From Epiperipatus broadwayi (Eukaryota; Animalia; Onychophora), in the NCBI GenBank assembly GCA_028023455.1, contig JAQFVV010000006.1:7254001-7318000 (forward strand): DNA of 64,000 bases, in the 5' to 3' direction. The position numbers and the translations under genes are program-made. Of this stretch, positions 27,230 to 40,400 are shown one piece after another (the first letter of the stretch is position 1; every line of letters begins with the position of its first letter). The notes beneath the pieces were generated by a model. It did no database searches. It saw nothing but the letters and a program-made list of their open reading frames with translations, and was not told where the DNA came from.

Positions 27230-27575
27230 AAAAAATGTTAGTCATGAGATATCTTAATGGTTTATTACTAATCCTAGTCAAAGGATATTAGTGACTATGG
27301 TTATAAAAAATCAGAAGACACCAAAATATATAGTTACAGAAGTGGGTTCAGATCTATATCAGTCTGGGCTCATTGTTTTACAATTGACTAAATAAGCAAA
27401 AGATAATTGCTGAATGGATGCATTAGATTCAAGGCCCTTCACTGATGATAGCCATAAGCTAGAAACTAGTCTGGGAATACTGGATGAATAGACCCTAGAT
27501 ATGGACTTAAATGCATAAACCTTCTGACATTTATTGATTACAATAGCTTCCACTAGGTAGCACTATTGTATGGTG
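27230..27575 (+). mobile_element. Family A monomer including the tRNA-like segment and hammerhead
   Basis: Colinear with the 61.6-62.0 kb monomer (reverse strand). Confidence 0.85.
27435..27477 (+). ncRNA. Family A hammerhead, catalytic core and helix II intact
   Basis: TTCA-CTGATGA-TAGC-CATAA-GCTA-GAA-ACTAGT-C-TGGG; predicted cleavage 3' of C27471. Confidence 0.8.
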
Positions 27576-27986
27576 ATAGTTGCTACTATTTTTTAAACAT
27601 AATAAAATTTCACTGGAAAATAATAAATGGTCCTTAATAGAACACAAAAATCAACTCCCTGGAGTGCCACGATCACAAGAAATAAAGTAGGATCATGTAA
27701 ACCAAACATTCAAAGAAGTATAGTATCGATAACATCAAAGAAGAATAGTACCGTTAAACAAGAGTAGATGAAATAAAATTTGAAACTGATTTAACTTTAT
27801 TACAATATCAACAAACACAAATGGATTCCAGTCAAAATATACTATGATGTTGCAACATATTAGAACTGAATTGGGTTTTAAAATATAAGTAAAAGATGGT
27901 CCAATGATTTATAAAATAAATCTCATTCAACATCCTAAACTAAACTCTGAACTTTTGTAAATTATCAGCTAAAAGAAGTAAAATAC

Positions 27987-28108
27987 CATTTCTCTGACAT
28001 ATGGAAATGTAAGTTGAAACAAGATTAGAAGAACTGCTTTCAAATGTGAATCGTAAATATTATTTGCATTTATCACAAAACCATACTGGCAATCCCTCAA
28101 AAACCTAC
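27987..28108 (-). CDS. Internal coding exon (cRFLRDCQYGFVINANNIYDSHLKAVLLILFQLTFPYVREM), phase 1-0
   Basis: Acceptor ctttgtctatag, donor ATG|gtattt, 122 nt open. Confidence 0.8.
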
Positions 28109-29249
28109 CTATAGACAAAGTATAGATTAAATTGATCTGATGTCTAAATTAAGCCATTACATTTTGCTTTAGTTACAGGAATAGCCAAGCAAGTTCCTTC
28201 AATATCCAAAATTAATAAGCATATGTTTGACAAATAAATTTTTTCAGATGGCAGATTCTAATGCACCAATCACAAAGCTTGTTATTTTAATATGTGCAGC
28301 TATGAGCCCAGAAATGAAATGCAAATGGGGAGACACAAAGTCCACCAATGATAATGAGCATGCGTGTGGAATATTAGTTGTTGCAACCCCAAAAAATATC
28401 GATGAAGCATTATTACTCTTACTGGCTGATGCAGTTTAATGCACGTTTCAGTCTTCAAAATGTGGGATCTTAGGATTGAGACCAGCTGGCATGCCCAGTG
28501 CTTGAACTTATGAACTCTTGAGTAATAAAGCTATTTGAATAGCTTTTTAAATTACACTTTTTGATAGTAAGTAACATTGACTTAGAAGCACCAAAATATC
28601 TTTTATAGAACAGAGTGTAAAATAATAGTGACTTCAATTTATGTTAAGTCAGGGCGCTACTGCGTCTTATATAGATATATACCAACAAACAGCCATTAAC
28701 AACCAAATCAATTCTCATCTGTAATAATAATAGGATTGTGAAACCAAAAAGAGGACAGATATTGTACGGTCAACGATATAACAAAATGACTAAATGTCAC
28801 ATATAGTTATAGGTATGACCCAACAACTAATACCATATTAAATACTATTAAAAAGAGTCTACACTATTTTAGAATCGCATAATGAACAAATTAATATTTT
28901 TTAATACCGTAATAAATAATTTAAAGAAGGAAAAAATTATCCATTAAAAATGATGACGTCATAAATATTTTCATTATTGTTAGTTAAAATATTAAAAGCT
29001 TAAAAAAAATACTCTATTTTCCTGAATGATGGATTTAAATACAAAAGTCTGATGAAAGCAAATAATTGGATTTATATATTCAAAATTACTTAAAAATTCA
29101 TATTTAATTGAGGAGAAACCTTTTAAGTTTTGTTGATACGAATGTAGGATTTAAAATAAAAAAAAATTAAAAAAAAAACGGCTTCTCTTTTTAATTTTTT
29201 CCCCATGCATATATAAAAAGAAGGGGGAAAAAAACCCCGCAAATATACA

Positions 29250-30000
29250 TAGAGAGTCATATAAGTATATGTAAGTTACTGTAGAGATTACAAATGAAAA
29301 GTATAATAGATTTTTCAATGTGTAACGCTAGATGGCAGTGAAGTACAGATAAGGTGGTTCTGCAAAAAGCAAAATGAAAATGTTTGATAAATTGCAGTTT
29401 ATGGATAATAAGACAATAGCCAAAATCGTATTTAATTGGATATGAATAAAGAGCAGTCAAAAAAATGGGTGAGAAAGGTAATACAGTATGCAGAAGATTT
29501 GGATAAAAACTTTATGTCGGTATACTTATACAAAAGGAGGGATGATTGTGTTAGGAGAATTGTTGAGTGTTATAGTGTTAAGGAATGGGATAAAAGAATA
29601 GATAGATGCTTTAATAAAAAATAGGGAATTGGAGAGACAGAGAACTAATATAGAGAGCAAAAAGAGTTTAAATATATATAGAAATAAACAGGATATTGAG
29701 TGTGAGTTAATTTATGATAATAGCAAGGAAAGTAGTTTACTGTTTAAGGTTCGAACAGGATCGTTAGCAACAAGAGAATATACACATAAATGGAAAAATA
29801 TGGGATGATTTAGTCTGCAAGTTACGTAAGGAAGGCATAGAAAATAGTAGGCATCTGTTAATTAAATATGAATGCCTACAAGCAGAAAAGGTACAAATAA
29901 TGAAGTTGTGAGAGAATAAATATAAATAAAGTGATTATACAGAAAGTGGATTCTTGGTTTTTATGCTGGGTTTGGGAAAAGATAGGGGGGAGGTTAGATA
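29250..30000 (+). mobile_element. Decayed LINE C-terminal region with zinc-knuckle-like remnant
   Basis: KKSLNIYR...SSLLFKVRTGSL...CK...E...HLL..C; clade not resolved. Confidence 0.65.
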
Positions 30001-31039
30001 TGAAGGCCATAGAGTTGACAAAGATAATGTTGTGGAAATGAGATGGAGCAGGATGGAGAAAAATATGGGAAAAACTTAAGATGGAGAATGGAAAGGCAAG
30101 GTAAGATGGCTAACAGGGTTACTCTGGCCACAGTAGCTGAGAGATTCTTGACTCCAAAAAAGAAGAAGCCATAGGGCATCACATTAAAAAATGATTAGAA
30201 TATATTTCAAGTTCGTAATTTTGAAAGAGAGAAAAAGAAAGTAGATAGGCTGGTGAAAAATTAAAGTAGTATTAGAGAAATTGAATAAGTAAATATGAAG
30301 TAGTATAAAAATAAAATATGAAATGAAATATGATAACCCACACACACACACAAGCTTACTGTAATCATAATCGAATGGTTTATTGGTCAGGTGTTCATAA
30401 TAAGTTCAAGAATTGGGCCACAATCTATGGCCTTAAATCTGCCACCCTACCACTGCACCAAATCACACAGGGTAAGCTTACTCTTATTTGGGGCAAAGGT
30501 ACATGCTTTAATACAAAAGGAACAAAACAAAAATATGACCTGAACTATGGATGCAAAATATGTGGACTTGGGAAAAAGAGTATAAAATACTGACTTATAA
30601 AATGATATTTATGCTGAAAGAGAAACAGAATAGAGTTATATGCGGAATGAAGGGATAAAATATGTGAGAGGATTTTTTTTTTAAGGCTTCATTTTAAAAA
30701 AAAGGATTATAATCAAGGGATTAAAAGGTAAAAGAAGATTCAACAAAAAATAGATATTAAAAAATATAAAATCAAAATTTATTTTATGTGAAGGAAGTGA
30801 TTCTGCCAACAATAAAAAATGCTCGGGAAAAAATCAGTACATGTGCTTTTAACTACAGGACAGAACTGAATAGGTATAGTATTTAAATCTTAAAGAAAAT
30901 CTGATTTCAATGCATAAATTCATGTTTGAAACATGATATTTAATGAGGAGTAAAAATAAATGCTATAATACTGTATGAAATATTTTATTTCACCATTATC
31001 TTGTAACTAATAATATGCTAATGTGTTGAAAGTGAAACT

Positions 31040-31810
31040 ATTCCCCAAAACAATTTATTTAGGCTGAGCGCTTTCAGAGTTTCGTTACTACATAATCATA
31101 GCCTTGTAGATTGCAATGTAATTGTATGCAAATATATGCAAAAATATTTTTTATATCATCCATTTTCTGAAAATGGCAAATCAAGTACCTTTCCTATTTA
31201 TATAGTTGGTGTCGCTGGTAATAAAACAAGCTTCCTTGATCTTTCTCTTGATGTCATTCGTCTCTGTGCATAAAGAATTCAAACTGGGATTTAGAACCCT
31301 TCCAAACACCAATAGACTCATCAATAATACTAAAGATAAAGAAAAACATTGAAACAATCCCCCATGTGGTGTATAGACTTGCATGCCCTCAGATGGGGTG
31401 TAGTGCTGTTTACTATGGTGAGACTCGTGCCACAATTGGTATTAGATTGCCTCAACACAGATACACATACACACGAGCAATAACCATGTTTTCTGGCCAT
31501 CATAAAGAGCTTAACCATAGATGTGAGCCCTCCAAAGCTGATATATTATGTACAGAGGAATGACATCAAGAGAAAGATCGAGCAAGATTGTTTTATTACC
31601 AGCAACACCAATTCTATAAATAGACAAGACACTTGCTTTGCCATTTCCAGAAAATGGATAATATAAAAAATATTTCTGCATATATTTACATATAATTACA
31701 TTGACAATCTACAAAGCTATGATTATGGAGTAACGAAACTCTGAAAGCGCTCAGCCTAAATAAATTGTTATGTGGAATAGTTTCACCTGCAACACATTAG
31801 TGTATTATTA
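31040..31810. mobile_element. Penelope-like GIY-YIG remnant with about 250-bp inverted arms (head-to-head)
   Basis: Plus strand VYRLAC..GCSAVYYGETR.T...RL.QHR; 31040-31290 is the reverse complement of 31550-31810. Confidence 0.8.
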
Positions 31811-32057
31811 ATTATAATACTGTATTTACATTTAGTTTTGGTTAACATATCATCGAGGTTGTGTAGTTTGATACTGCGTAGTTCATGCTAATTCCACGAT
31901 TTACATTTATTTCTAAAATATTAAAATCTTGTAAAACATTTACATTAATTTTTTTAAAAAAATTTGTAAAGTAACCAATTAAAAAAAAGACAGCCTTTAC
32001 ATAGACTGGGTACATATTGTATTTAAATATTATCTATCCATTATATAAACAACTTAC

Positions 32058-32091
32058 AATATCCGCCATTATCACTAGAGTATGAATCTGA
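32058..32091 (-). CDS. 34-nt exon (SDSYSSDNGGY+T), phase 0-1
   Basis: Acceptor ttcaacatttacag, donor ATT|gtaagt; supplies exactly the phase shift needed between the 33482 and 28108 exons. Confidence 0.7.
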
Positions 32092-32454
32092 CTGTAAATG
32101 TTGAAAGCATGCTTAGAAAGTTAAATGCTTTATAAATTTATAATTTTTTCTTGTTAAATGCGCAAAATGCCGTTTAAATATAGAATTATATTTAAACAAG
32201 AAAAGAAGTAAAGAATCATCAAATTACATATGTATATATTTAAATATTAAATTGTAAGCACACGTAGCTAATTGGATATCATATGTAAATAATATTACCT
32301 GACTGTTGATAGGTTGTAAATGTTAACCCTCTACCCATCTATCAACCATTAGTGGATGGTTACTAAGTTATCTATGGATTAAATCGTAAGACATCACATG
32401 ACTCCACAATTCATCACATGAACTTTGCTTATAATTTTTTGCCCTCTAATAAGG

Positions 32455-32575
32455 ATTTCCATGGGTGAAAGCCATAAACTAGAAATTAGGCTGGGGATAT
32501 TTGGAGAGGCAATACTGAATAAGGATTTATTAAGCACTACCATCTGGAAACTAATGATTACAAAAGCTTACATGA
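32455..32575 (+). mobile_element. Degenerate family A copy
   Basis: gccataaactagaaattaggctggggatattt. Confidence 0.65.
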
Positions 32576-33481
32576 GATGGCGTAAGCTTAGTGAGAATGG
32601 AAATGGTCTGTAAGCCAGTACTTAAAAGTAAAAGAGCATTTTAAAACCTGAAAAAATTTCTAAGTTTATTAGGAGTGGATTCGAACCCCAGATCATAGAT
32701 ACAGAAGGGAATGCACTAATAATCATATCATGAGACGTATTGAACAACATATGTACTACCCTTTAAAAGTTTCTAGCAAATAATAGTAAAATTTTTCAAA
32801 ATAAACATGTAGTCGGCCTATCAATGCAAAGAAAGAAACACAACTAATTTATCATGAGTGCTGTTTCGACCTAAACTAGGCACTTCTTCGAAGATCTCTG
32901 GAAATATAACAATGCAAAGATCTTGGTGATTACAAATTTATTCTGTGATCTGATTACTTTCTAGAAACTTCAAAAAAGCAGATGTTATTTGATTTCCCTG
33001 AATAGCTGTTAACATGTAATTATCCTCATCCTACTGCAGAGCCATCTATTGTAAGCTTGGATGATCAATGGACAGCAGTGGTATAGTGCTATAAGATCTT
33101 TATTTCCATACAGATCGGTTTCTGGCTTTAGTCACTTTTATTCCTTAATAATATTCAAACTAATAAACTAATATTAAAAAAAAACTTAAGGTTTCAAATT
33201 CAGGCATTTCAATTATTGGCTTGAATTCCAGCTTTAAATACTAAACTTCACTAATAAAGACAAAGGCCAAAACTAGACTGCCTGGAAATGGGGATTTTTA
33301 TAGCAATATACCTTCTTGTGCCCATTAATTATTCAAGCTTACAAGAAATAGCTTTAAATTAGGGTGAAAGCAATTGTTCTTAATAGCATATAAGAACAAA
33401 TTCATGTGTTGTTGGTATTTAGTTATATGTGCAAAAATTATACTCACACATATATCTAAATTAATTTATTTAATATCTTAC

Positions 33482-33778
33482 CGGTGGGGGGAGTTCCTCT
33501 AGACTATTTGGATCAACATTCTCTCCATAACTAGCATAGAAAAACTGGCAGCCACAACGAGACACTATTCTCTGCAACTGGATTGATGAACCTTGCGATT
33601 CAGGAGATGGAGCCCCTACAGTGTTTGAAATAACCCCTCCAACTCCTTGTCCACTTCCCACTAGATCAGGAACATCAGTTACATCTAGAATATCTCTCGC
33701 CTCAATATTCTCCACAGTTAGCCACATGATGTTATCTAAGGTCGGAGATAGCTCACCAGGATCAACTGTAGCGTAATA
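33482..33778 (-). CDS. Internal coding exon, 99 codons (YYATVDPGELSPTLDNIMWLTVENIEARDILDVTDVPDLVGSGQGVGG...RCGCQFFYASYGENVDPNSLEELPPP)
   Basis: Acceptor ttttattgttcttttag, donor CCG|gtaaga, 297 nt open in phase 0-0, clearly higher GC and protein-like composition; overlaps ORF 33470..33727. Confidence 0.9.
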
Positions 33779-36700
33779 CTAAAAGAACAATAAAATTGAT
33801 AATAAAAACATGTGATTACAAAGACAAATATTTACTTTTATTTCATTGTTAACAAATGCTAAAATGATTTTAAAAAATCTATTATAATAATATTTCACTG
33901 AGACACTAATATCACAATTAAGTTATTATCCATCGACATACAAAGTGAAAAATAGTGACTAGTGCACAATGATGTGTAAAATATATAACCGCCAAATGTA
34001 ATCATCGACAATAAACAATTTATAGGGCTGGTTTTAATGAAATCCTCTTTATCAGCTGTGTCAACTCCCAACATTTCTAACTATGATCAGAAAAGATTCA
34101 AATCTTATTTGCACTTAAATGGATTCTATTTGTTTTAATTTGAAGTCCGAAAGACAATCGACACACAATTATAAAATCTTATGCTCTTTATAATTAACAA
34201 TCATTTATGTAAACTTACGTAAGAGTGCAGAAATGTGGTAATTAGTGTGTCAGTCTGTCCTGCTGGGTTTGAACCTAGGTAAAAGTTGAATTTTTTGTTA
34301 GTCAACTAAGGATTTTCAAGCTGAAGGAAAGTTTTACAAAGGAAGTCTTAATCGAAATAAAACAGTCATTATTAGCAAAGTGTTGCACGCTGTTTAATAA
34401 ATATAAAAATGACCAAAAAGTGAAATAACTATAAATAAAATTGCAAAGCAACACAATGAAAAGTGGAAAAAAGATTTTTACATCTTTACGACTTTCTTCA
34501 AACTACCATCTACTGAAAGACAGTGAAATTGCAGTATACACTGTATCAATATATATTATTACAATTATATGCTATCTAAAAAAAAAAAAAATCTGTAAAT
34601 AAAAAAAAAAATATAACCTCCCTTCTCTCTTCTAAAACATGAAAACATTAAAATTCCTAAAATTAATAAATTTTATATGGCAGCAGCTGTTTTTTTTTCC
34701 ATTTTGGAGCACCACATTTGATGATCATATTTATTATTAATGTTTCTTTAGGTTATTTTGAAAGTTCCTACATTTCATTCCTCACTTAGTTTATCCATTC
34801 CAAATTTTGATGGGGTGCCATATTTTGTAAAATGAAATCTTTTCTAAGTGCAAAGCTAAAGGTTGTGTAAAATTTAAGAAAATTCATAAAATATTTTTCT
34901 TAAAAGATAAAATGAAAGTTATCGATTTAGTAGAGTCAGGAAAAAAAAAAAAAGAACTGTACAATAGTCTTTTATTGTGACAGAAATCTTAAATATTTGA
35001 AGAGTTTAACCAAAAATCTAAAATAGGTAACAGTCCGTAGAGGTGGCTGTACAAATTGCAATCAATATGGAATTAAAAATGGCAAAACTATGAAAGGCTG
35101 CAGTCTGCTAATAGTGAGATTTCTATTACGCTTCTACAGAGGAAAGAATATTAAAAGAGAATATCATTCAGACGATGTTTAGTTGTGGCAAAAGTTTGAC
35201 TTTTTTTAATTAATTTTATTTAAAGAAAATAAAAATGCGATATGGTGAGTTTTTTTTTATTTTTGACTGATGCGAAATGAGTGAATACAGTGAACATATA
35301 TGAAAATATACCCCTTCTCTCAATTTATTATTAACAAGTACATTATTATTTATTTCTAATTTTATTTATATCATAATCCAGTATCTATTATATATGTGCA
35401 TGCATGTTGAAAAGTACTGTGCACGTACAGTTCAACAAATAATACATGTACAATTGCAAGCAAAGCTTATCAACAAAATGTGAGTTATTACATGTGGTAT
35501 ACAATGTATATGAGAGAAGTTTAGAACAAAATATAAAAGATATTCTGGCTTCACTATACTCTTTGTCAATTTTCAGATATTTTAAAATCAAAGCTGCTAT
35601 TTGTATAATATGGGTAAGTAAAATATCCCATGTAATGGCCCTGTATAGTGTCAGTTTTTAAATATATAGATTTTATCAAATAAAACTAGACTCATTAACA
35701 TTACTCATACGGAAATTTGATTTTTATTATTATTATATTCAATAACTCTAAACATCTTCGTATATTTAAATATTTTAAGAAAAAAATACTGCTTTACAAA
35801 CTTATAGTGAAATCAAATTTATTGACCCTAGAATTTTTTTTGCATATCTATTAGAATAAAGCGTAGACATCAAAAAGAATATTTGATCATGTACATGTGG
35901 TAATGGATTTATATAAATCTATAGTTATGTTAAAATATCCAGTATATAGAATAAAGGTTACAAAAAAGACAAAAATATTTAAGATAATTAATGCAATAAA
36001 AAAAAAGAGGAAAGGGAAACATCTTGCTTTCTCCAGTAATTACAGTGCAATAAAAATTTACCTCGTTATCCCAATCAAAGAACAAAAAGAGGGGAAGAAG
36101 TACCTTTTAGCTGCAGAATGATTATTATTAATTACAAAATTATTAATTTAAAGGCATCCATTACTTTAAATACAAAGAAAATTTATACAGGAATGCTGAA
36201 AATGTAATCATTAAAAAAGACACACATAAATTCATCACATGAATAAAAGTTTATATTTTTTCAACTTAAATAAAATTGAGTTAAACAAAAAAAAGGCATG
36301 TGTCTTTATTGCCCGGGAATTCATCTGAAGTTTGAGTTCCAAACCTGTGATATCCAAAATTATTCTTGGGACTTCTTGATCCCAAGTTAGATGCTCTACC
36401 AAACTGTGTCAAACCAAGCAGCTAAGAAAAAAATGTGGGATGGACTACTTATGTACATTGGGAAAGTCTTGTATACCTTTACACACCTATGATATATGTT
36501 ATAAACAAGAGTAGTTCTCAACTCTAGGGCCCTCTATTGTAAGCTTGAGTAAACAGTGATCAGGGTGTCTTAATCTTTCTGTCATGACTGATGTAAAAAT
36601 TGCATATGTGGCACTCAATCAAGTTTCATTCCGCACTAACACATCGTGGCACTGAGTCAGGCATATATATCATGGATTTTGCTGAAATTTTATGTTGAAC

Positions 36701-36894
36701 AGATATGTAGAAATTTTTTATTTTATTTGTCACTCTGCTTCCTAGATGGCAGATGGGTTTAGAAGATCAGAAAACTCTAAGGTATAAATGACATTTTAAA
36801 AATTATGGCAGAAACTGTTTACATTATTATGTTACTAAATCAATTTTTAAAGCTACTTTTTTAATCTTAAAAATAAAAGTGATATAATTTTTTT

Positions 36895-37625
36895 AAGCTA
36901 GATGTAATTAGATGGGATTTGAACCCAGACTTTCAAGTTTTCTTCAGTCATCCATGCCATCATATACAACAGATACACATGACCACATGCATGTGAAAAA
37001 GATAAGTGATTTCCAATATATTTCATACTGAACCAGTGATCATCAGTTGGGAGATTATCACCTATTAGAAATCATTTATATTTTTTACATGTATGTGGTG
37101 ACGTGTGTGCAAGACGGAATGAATGACTAAAAGAAGCTTGAAAGTCTGGGTTCAAATCCCCTCTCATTACATCTAGTTTAAAGTACATATACTATGCTTG
37201 TATTTAAACATTACAGATTCAGCCTGTATTCTGCCCATCCCTCTTTGGTGTATTTAAATGGTCTTAAAGTTCTGCATATGAAGGGGCAGAATGACTTATG
37301 GTCAATATGGAATTGGCAAACAAAGGCTTTGAACATACCATCATCAAATTTTCAATGGTATGGATGATTGAAGAATTGGAGAGTGGAGAAGATTGAAGCC
37401 TGTCCATTAAAGTTTGAAAATTAGCTATCTTAATATAAACTGAGCATCGTTTATATATATGTAGGAGATGATGATCCAGACAAATTGATGTGTACTGGTT
37501 CAGCATGAAATATATATATTGGAGACCGTTTATCGTTATCATATGAATGTGTCATGTGTATCAATTGTATAAGCTGGCGTGGATGACTGAAGGGAGATTG
37601 AAAGTTTTTGTTCAAATCCCCTTTA
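36895..37625. mobile_element. Family B composite: minus partial copy plus plus-strand monomer, two degenerate hammerheads
   Basis: Matches the family B body; helix III GAAATATATATA-TTGG at about 37507. Confidence 0.85.
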
Positions 37626-39584
37626 ATTAATATAATTATAAAATGAAATATATTTTATATGTATTATGAGAAATATGTTTTTTAAGGAATCAAAATTTAT
37701 GATTGTAGGAAATGAAAACATTTTTTGTTTTTCTAGTAAATTTGAAAGTGTAAACTGTTTTATTTTACATAATAATTCTGTTTTCTTTAAAATATTTGGG
37801 TTACTTTTGTTATTCATGGGCCCTTATTCCCAGAAGATAAACTCAACAGCCAAGGCAGGAATTGCTGACTAAAGGCTGAAACTGCTATTTGACAATGATC
37901 TTTTATTTAGATGCTATACAACAATAGATTGCTTTCAAGTGATAGAAAACTGCAGGAAATGGAAGAAAAACGGTCTAATATTAAATGTAAACATTGTTGG
38001 ACTTTGTGAAGTTAGAGGGTAAAGAGACAATTGATTTTACAACGAAAACAAATATTGATATGAACTAATGGAATAGGATTCATTATAAATAAAAAAGAAC
38101 GAAAGAATATTGTGAATATTGATAGTATATCAAACAGCAAGATTAGTTATTCAAATTAATGTAGGATTCGAAATGCAAATATTCAGGTTTATGGCCCATC
38201 AAGTTGTCAGAAAGTTTTTATACAGTTGTAAATACTAAACATCATTTTGAAAGTGACACGGGAAACATTATTACTAGAACTGAATATGGGTAATGGAGGA
38301 GAGTACAGATTTGTGAAGTTTGCATAAAAAGAATATGAATTGCTTTTTTAAAAAAATGCTAAAGAGAAGTGGACATGAAGGGTCCAATTGAAGAGGTACA
38401 GCAGAATTGGATTATACTTTGACCAAGAGAAAATATGCATTTTAAGATTGTAATGTTCTTGATAGGTTCAACACAAGAAGTGATTATGGATTAATAAGAT
38501 GTAAGATCCACGTTAATGCAAAATTGGAGAGACAAAAACTATGAATAAATACAGTATTAACAATTGATATACCTAATTTTCAGAAACATTCCAATGAATT
38601 GAAATTATAACTCGACAATCATTTAAAAGTAATACCAGACTTTGAAGATGGTTCCAACTTGACTATAGTCAATAAGAAGACGGATGATACTTTACTGAGT
38701 ACTGCAGGAAAGATAAACTGGTACAATAAGCCAATGATTTACCAATACATTTTCTACTGAAACAAACAAATGCACAAAGAAATGAGGGAATAGGAAAAAA
38801 TTTTAAGACGAGACATAAAAAAGATAGAATGCCTAGAATATTGTAAAATGGCATTAAAAAGAATTAATTATGATGAAAAAAAATATAATTACGAATTGGA
38901 AAAAAAGCTGGAGAAGAAAATAAATCTCAGAAGTGAAAAAACAACTGATATTGCAAAGAAAGTTGTTTTGCAATAAAGAGGAAAGATGAAACTACTACTA
39001 AAAGGAAAACTGATATCTTGAAAGGTATGGGAGAGTTTTATAAAGAATTATATAGTAATAAGAAAAGAAGACATTCAGGCAGCACCTCTTTTAAATGGTC
39101 CAACATTTTAAATGAAGATGTGGGACATACAATAGTCAAGAAAATAATGGAATTATTTACTGAAAAACCAGATGATAAAATAGAAAAACTGTTAACAATG
39201 TTATATATTAAATGTTTAAATAATAAAGATGTGGTAGAATATGATAGTGAATATGGACATTTAAAAAAGCTGATAAGGACCAATATCGGATGCTATAGTC
39301 CTATCAGTTCTCTATCAATTCTATATAAAATCTTAACAGGATAATTACAACTTGTCTATTGCAAATATTGGATTAGTACAAGGATCATACCAAAATATTG
39401 AGAGAGGTTACTTTGAATTTGTAGATTGTGAAAAAGACCTTTGATTGCTAAGCAGTTTATACAGTGATTAAAGCATTGGATCGTCAAGATATAAACCTGG
39501 TATACTGTTATATTTGAGGAATATTTATCAAAAGGCTGATGGCTTTAATGCTCAGGAGAACTTTAAGAGCTAGGAAGTGCAAAT

Positions 39585-39647
39585 ACCAGAATTGATCCTG
39601 TGATCTCCCGATTCCAAGTCAGATACTCTACCATTGTGCCAAACAGC
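39585..39647 (-). mobile_element. tRNA(Trp)-like SINE head inserted in the RTE; related heads at about 30410-30465, 36340-36420 and 58565-58625 (all minus)
   Basis: TGGCACAATGGTAGAGTATCTGACTTGGAATC..GGATCAATTC resembles eukaryotic tRNA-Trp D and anticodon arms. Confidence 0.6.
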
Positions 39648-40170
39648 ACAAGATATCACAGCAATGATTGGATTGAATGATAATACTAAGAAGATTAACA
39701 TCAATAAGGAGATATGACAGGATGGTGCCATTTCTCCAAAACTATTTACAGCAGTTTTACATGTTGTGGTTTGTAGGTTAAAATGGGAAGCTAAGGAAGT
39801 AATGGAAAATAAGAGATCATTGAAGTCTTTTAGCTTTTGTAGACGATGCAATTGTTTTTGCAAACAATACTTAGGGCTGCAGAAAACGTGAAAGTAACAA
39901 AATAGATCTTGAAAATAAATTCTAAAAAGACTAAAGTAATATTTGGTGGATTTTTTTCAGAAGATAATTTTTAATCATGAATTAGAAGTTAAACTCCGGT
40001 TATTAATACATATGGAAACATAACGGATGAAATTAATCATAGAATTAAATTTGAATGTAATACTTTTGGTAGATATAAATTAATACTACAAAAAGAATTT
40101 CTATATATTTGAAAAAGCAAACTTTGAATAGGATATGTTTTATCAGTTCTTAATTATGGACTTGAGACTT

Positions 40171-40400
40171 AACCACTAAACATCACACGATCACCATTCT
40201 TTATGCTTACACAAGCTGTTTACACAGAGGCAAAACTCTCGTACAGTAGCACCATTCAGTGCAATCAATAGATGCAGAAAGGTTTGTGCAATATTGGACA
40301 AGTAGGCACTAGACAGATTTTATGCACAAACCTTCCTGCATCCATTGATTACTCTGGCATGCACTGAGTGGCACTACTGTATGGAGAGTTTTGCCTCTGT
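40171..40400. mobile_element. Family A head-to-head insertion in the RTE, flanked by a 12-bp direct repeat GACTTGAGACTT
   Basis: Repeat at 40159-40170 and 40401-40412; the RTE reading (YGLET..) resumes after the insert. Confidence 0.85.

Noticed and set aside
28170-28520. GC-enriched segment with 70-aa plus ORF
   Set aside because: No splice sites or confident family motif; probably a decayed transposon
32860-32915. PLE-type GTTTCGAC..CTTCTTC signature (hammerhead on the minus strand)
   Set aside because: The CTGA core is mutated and no supporting PLE context is visible
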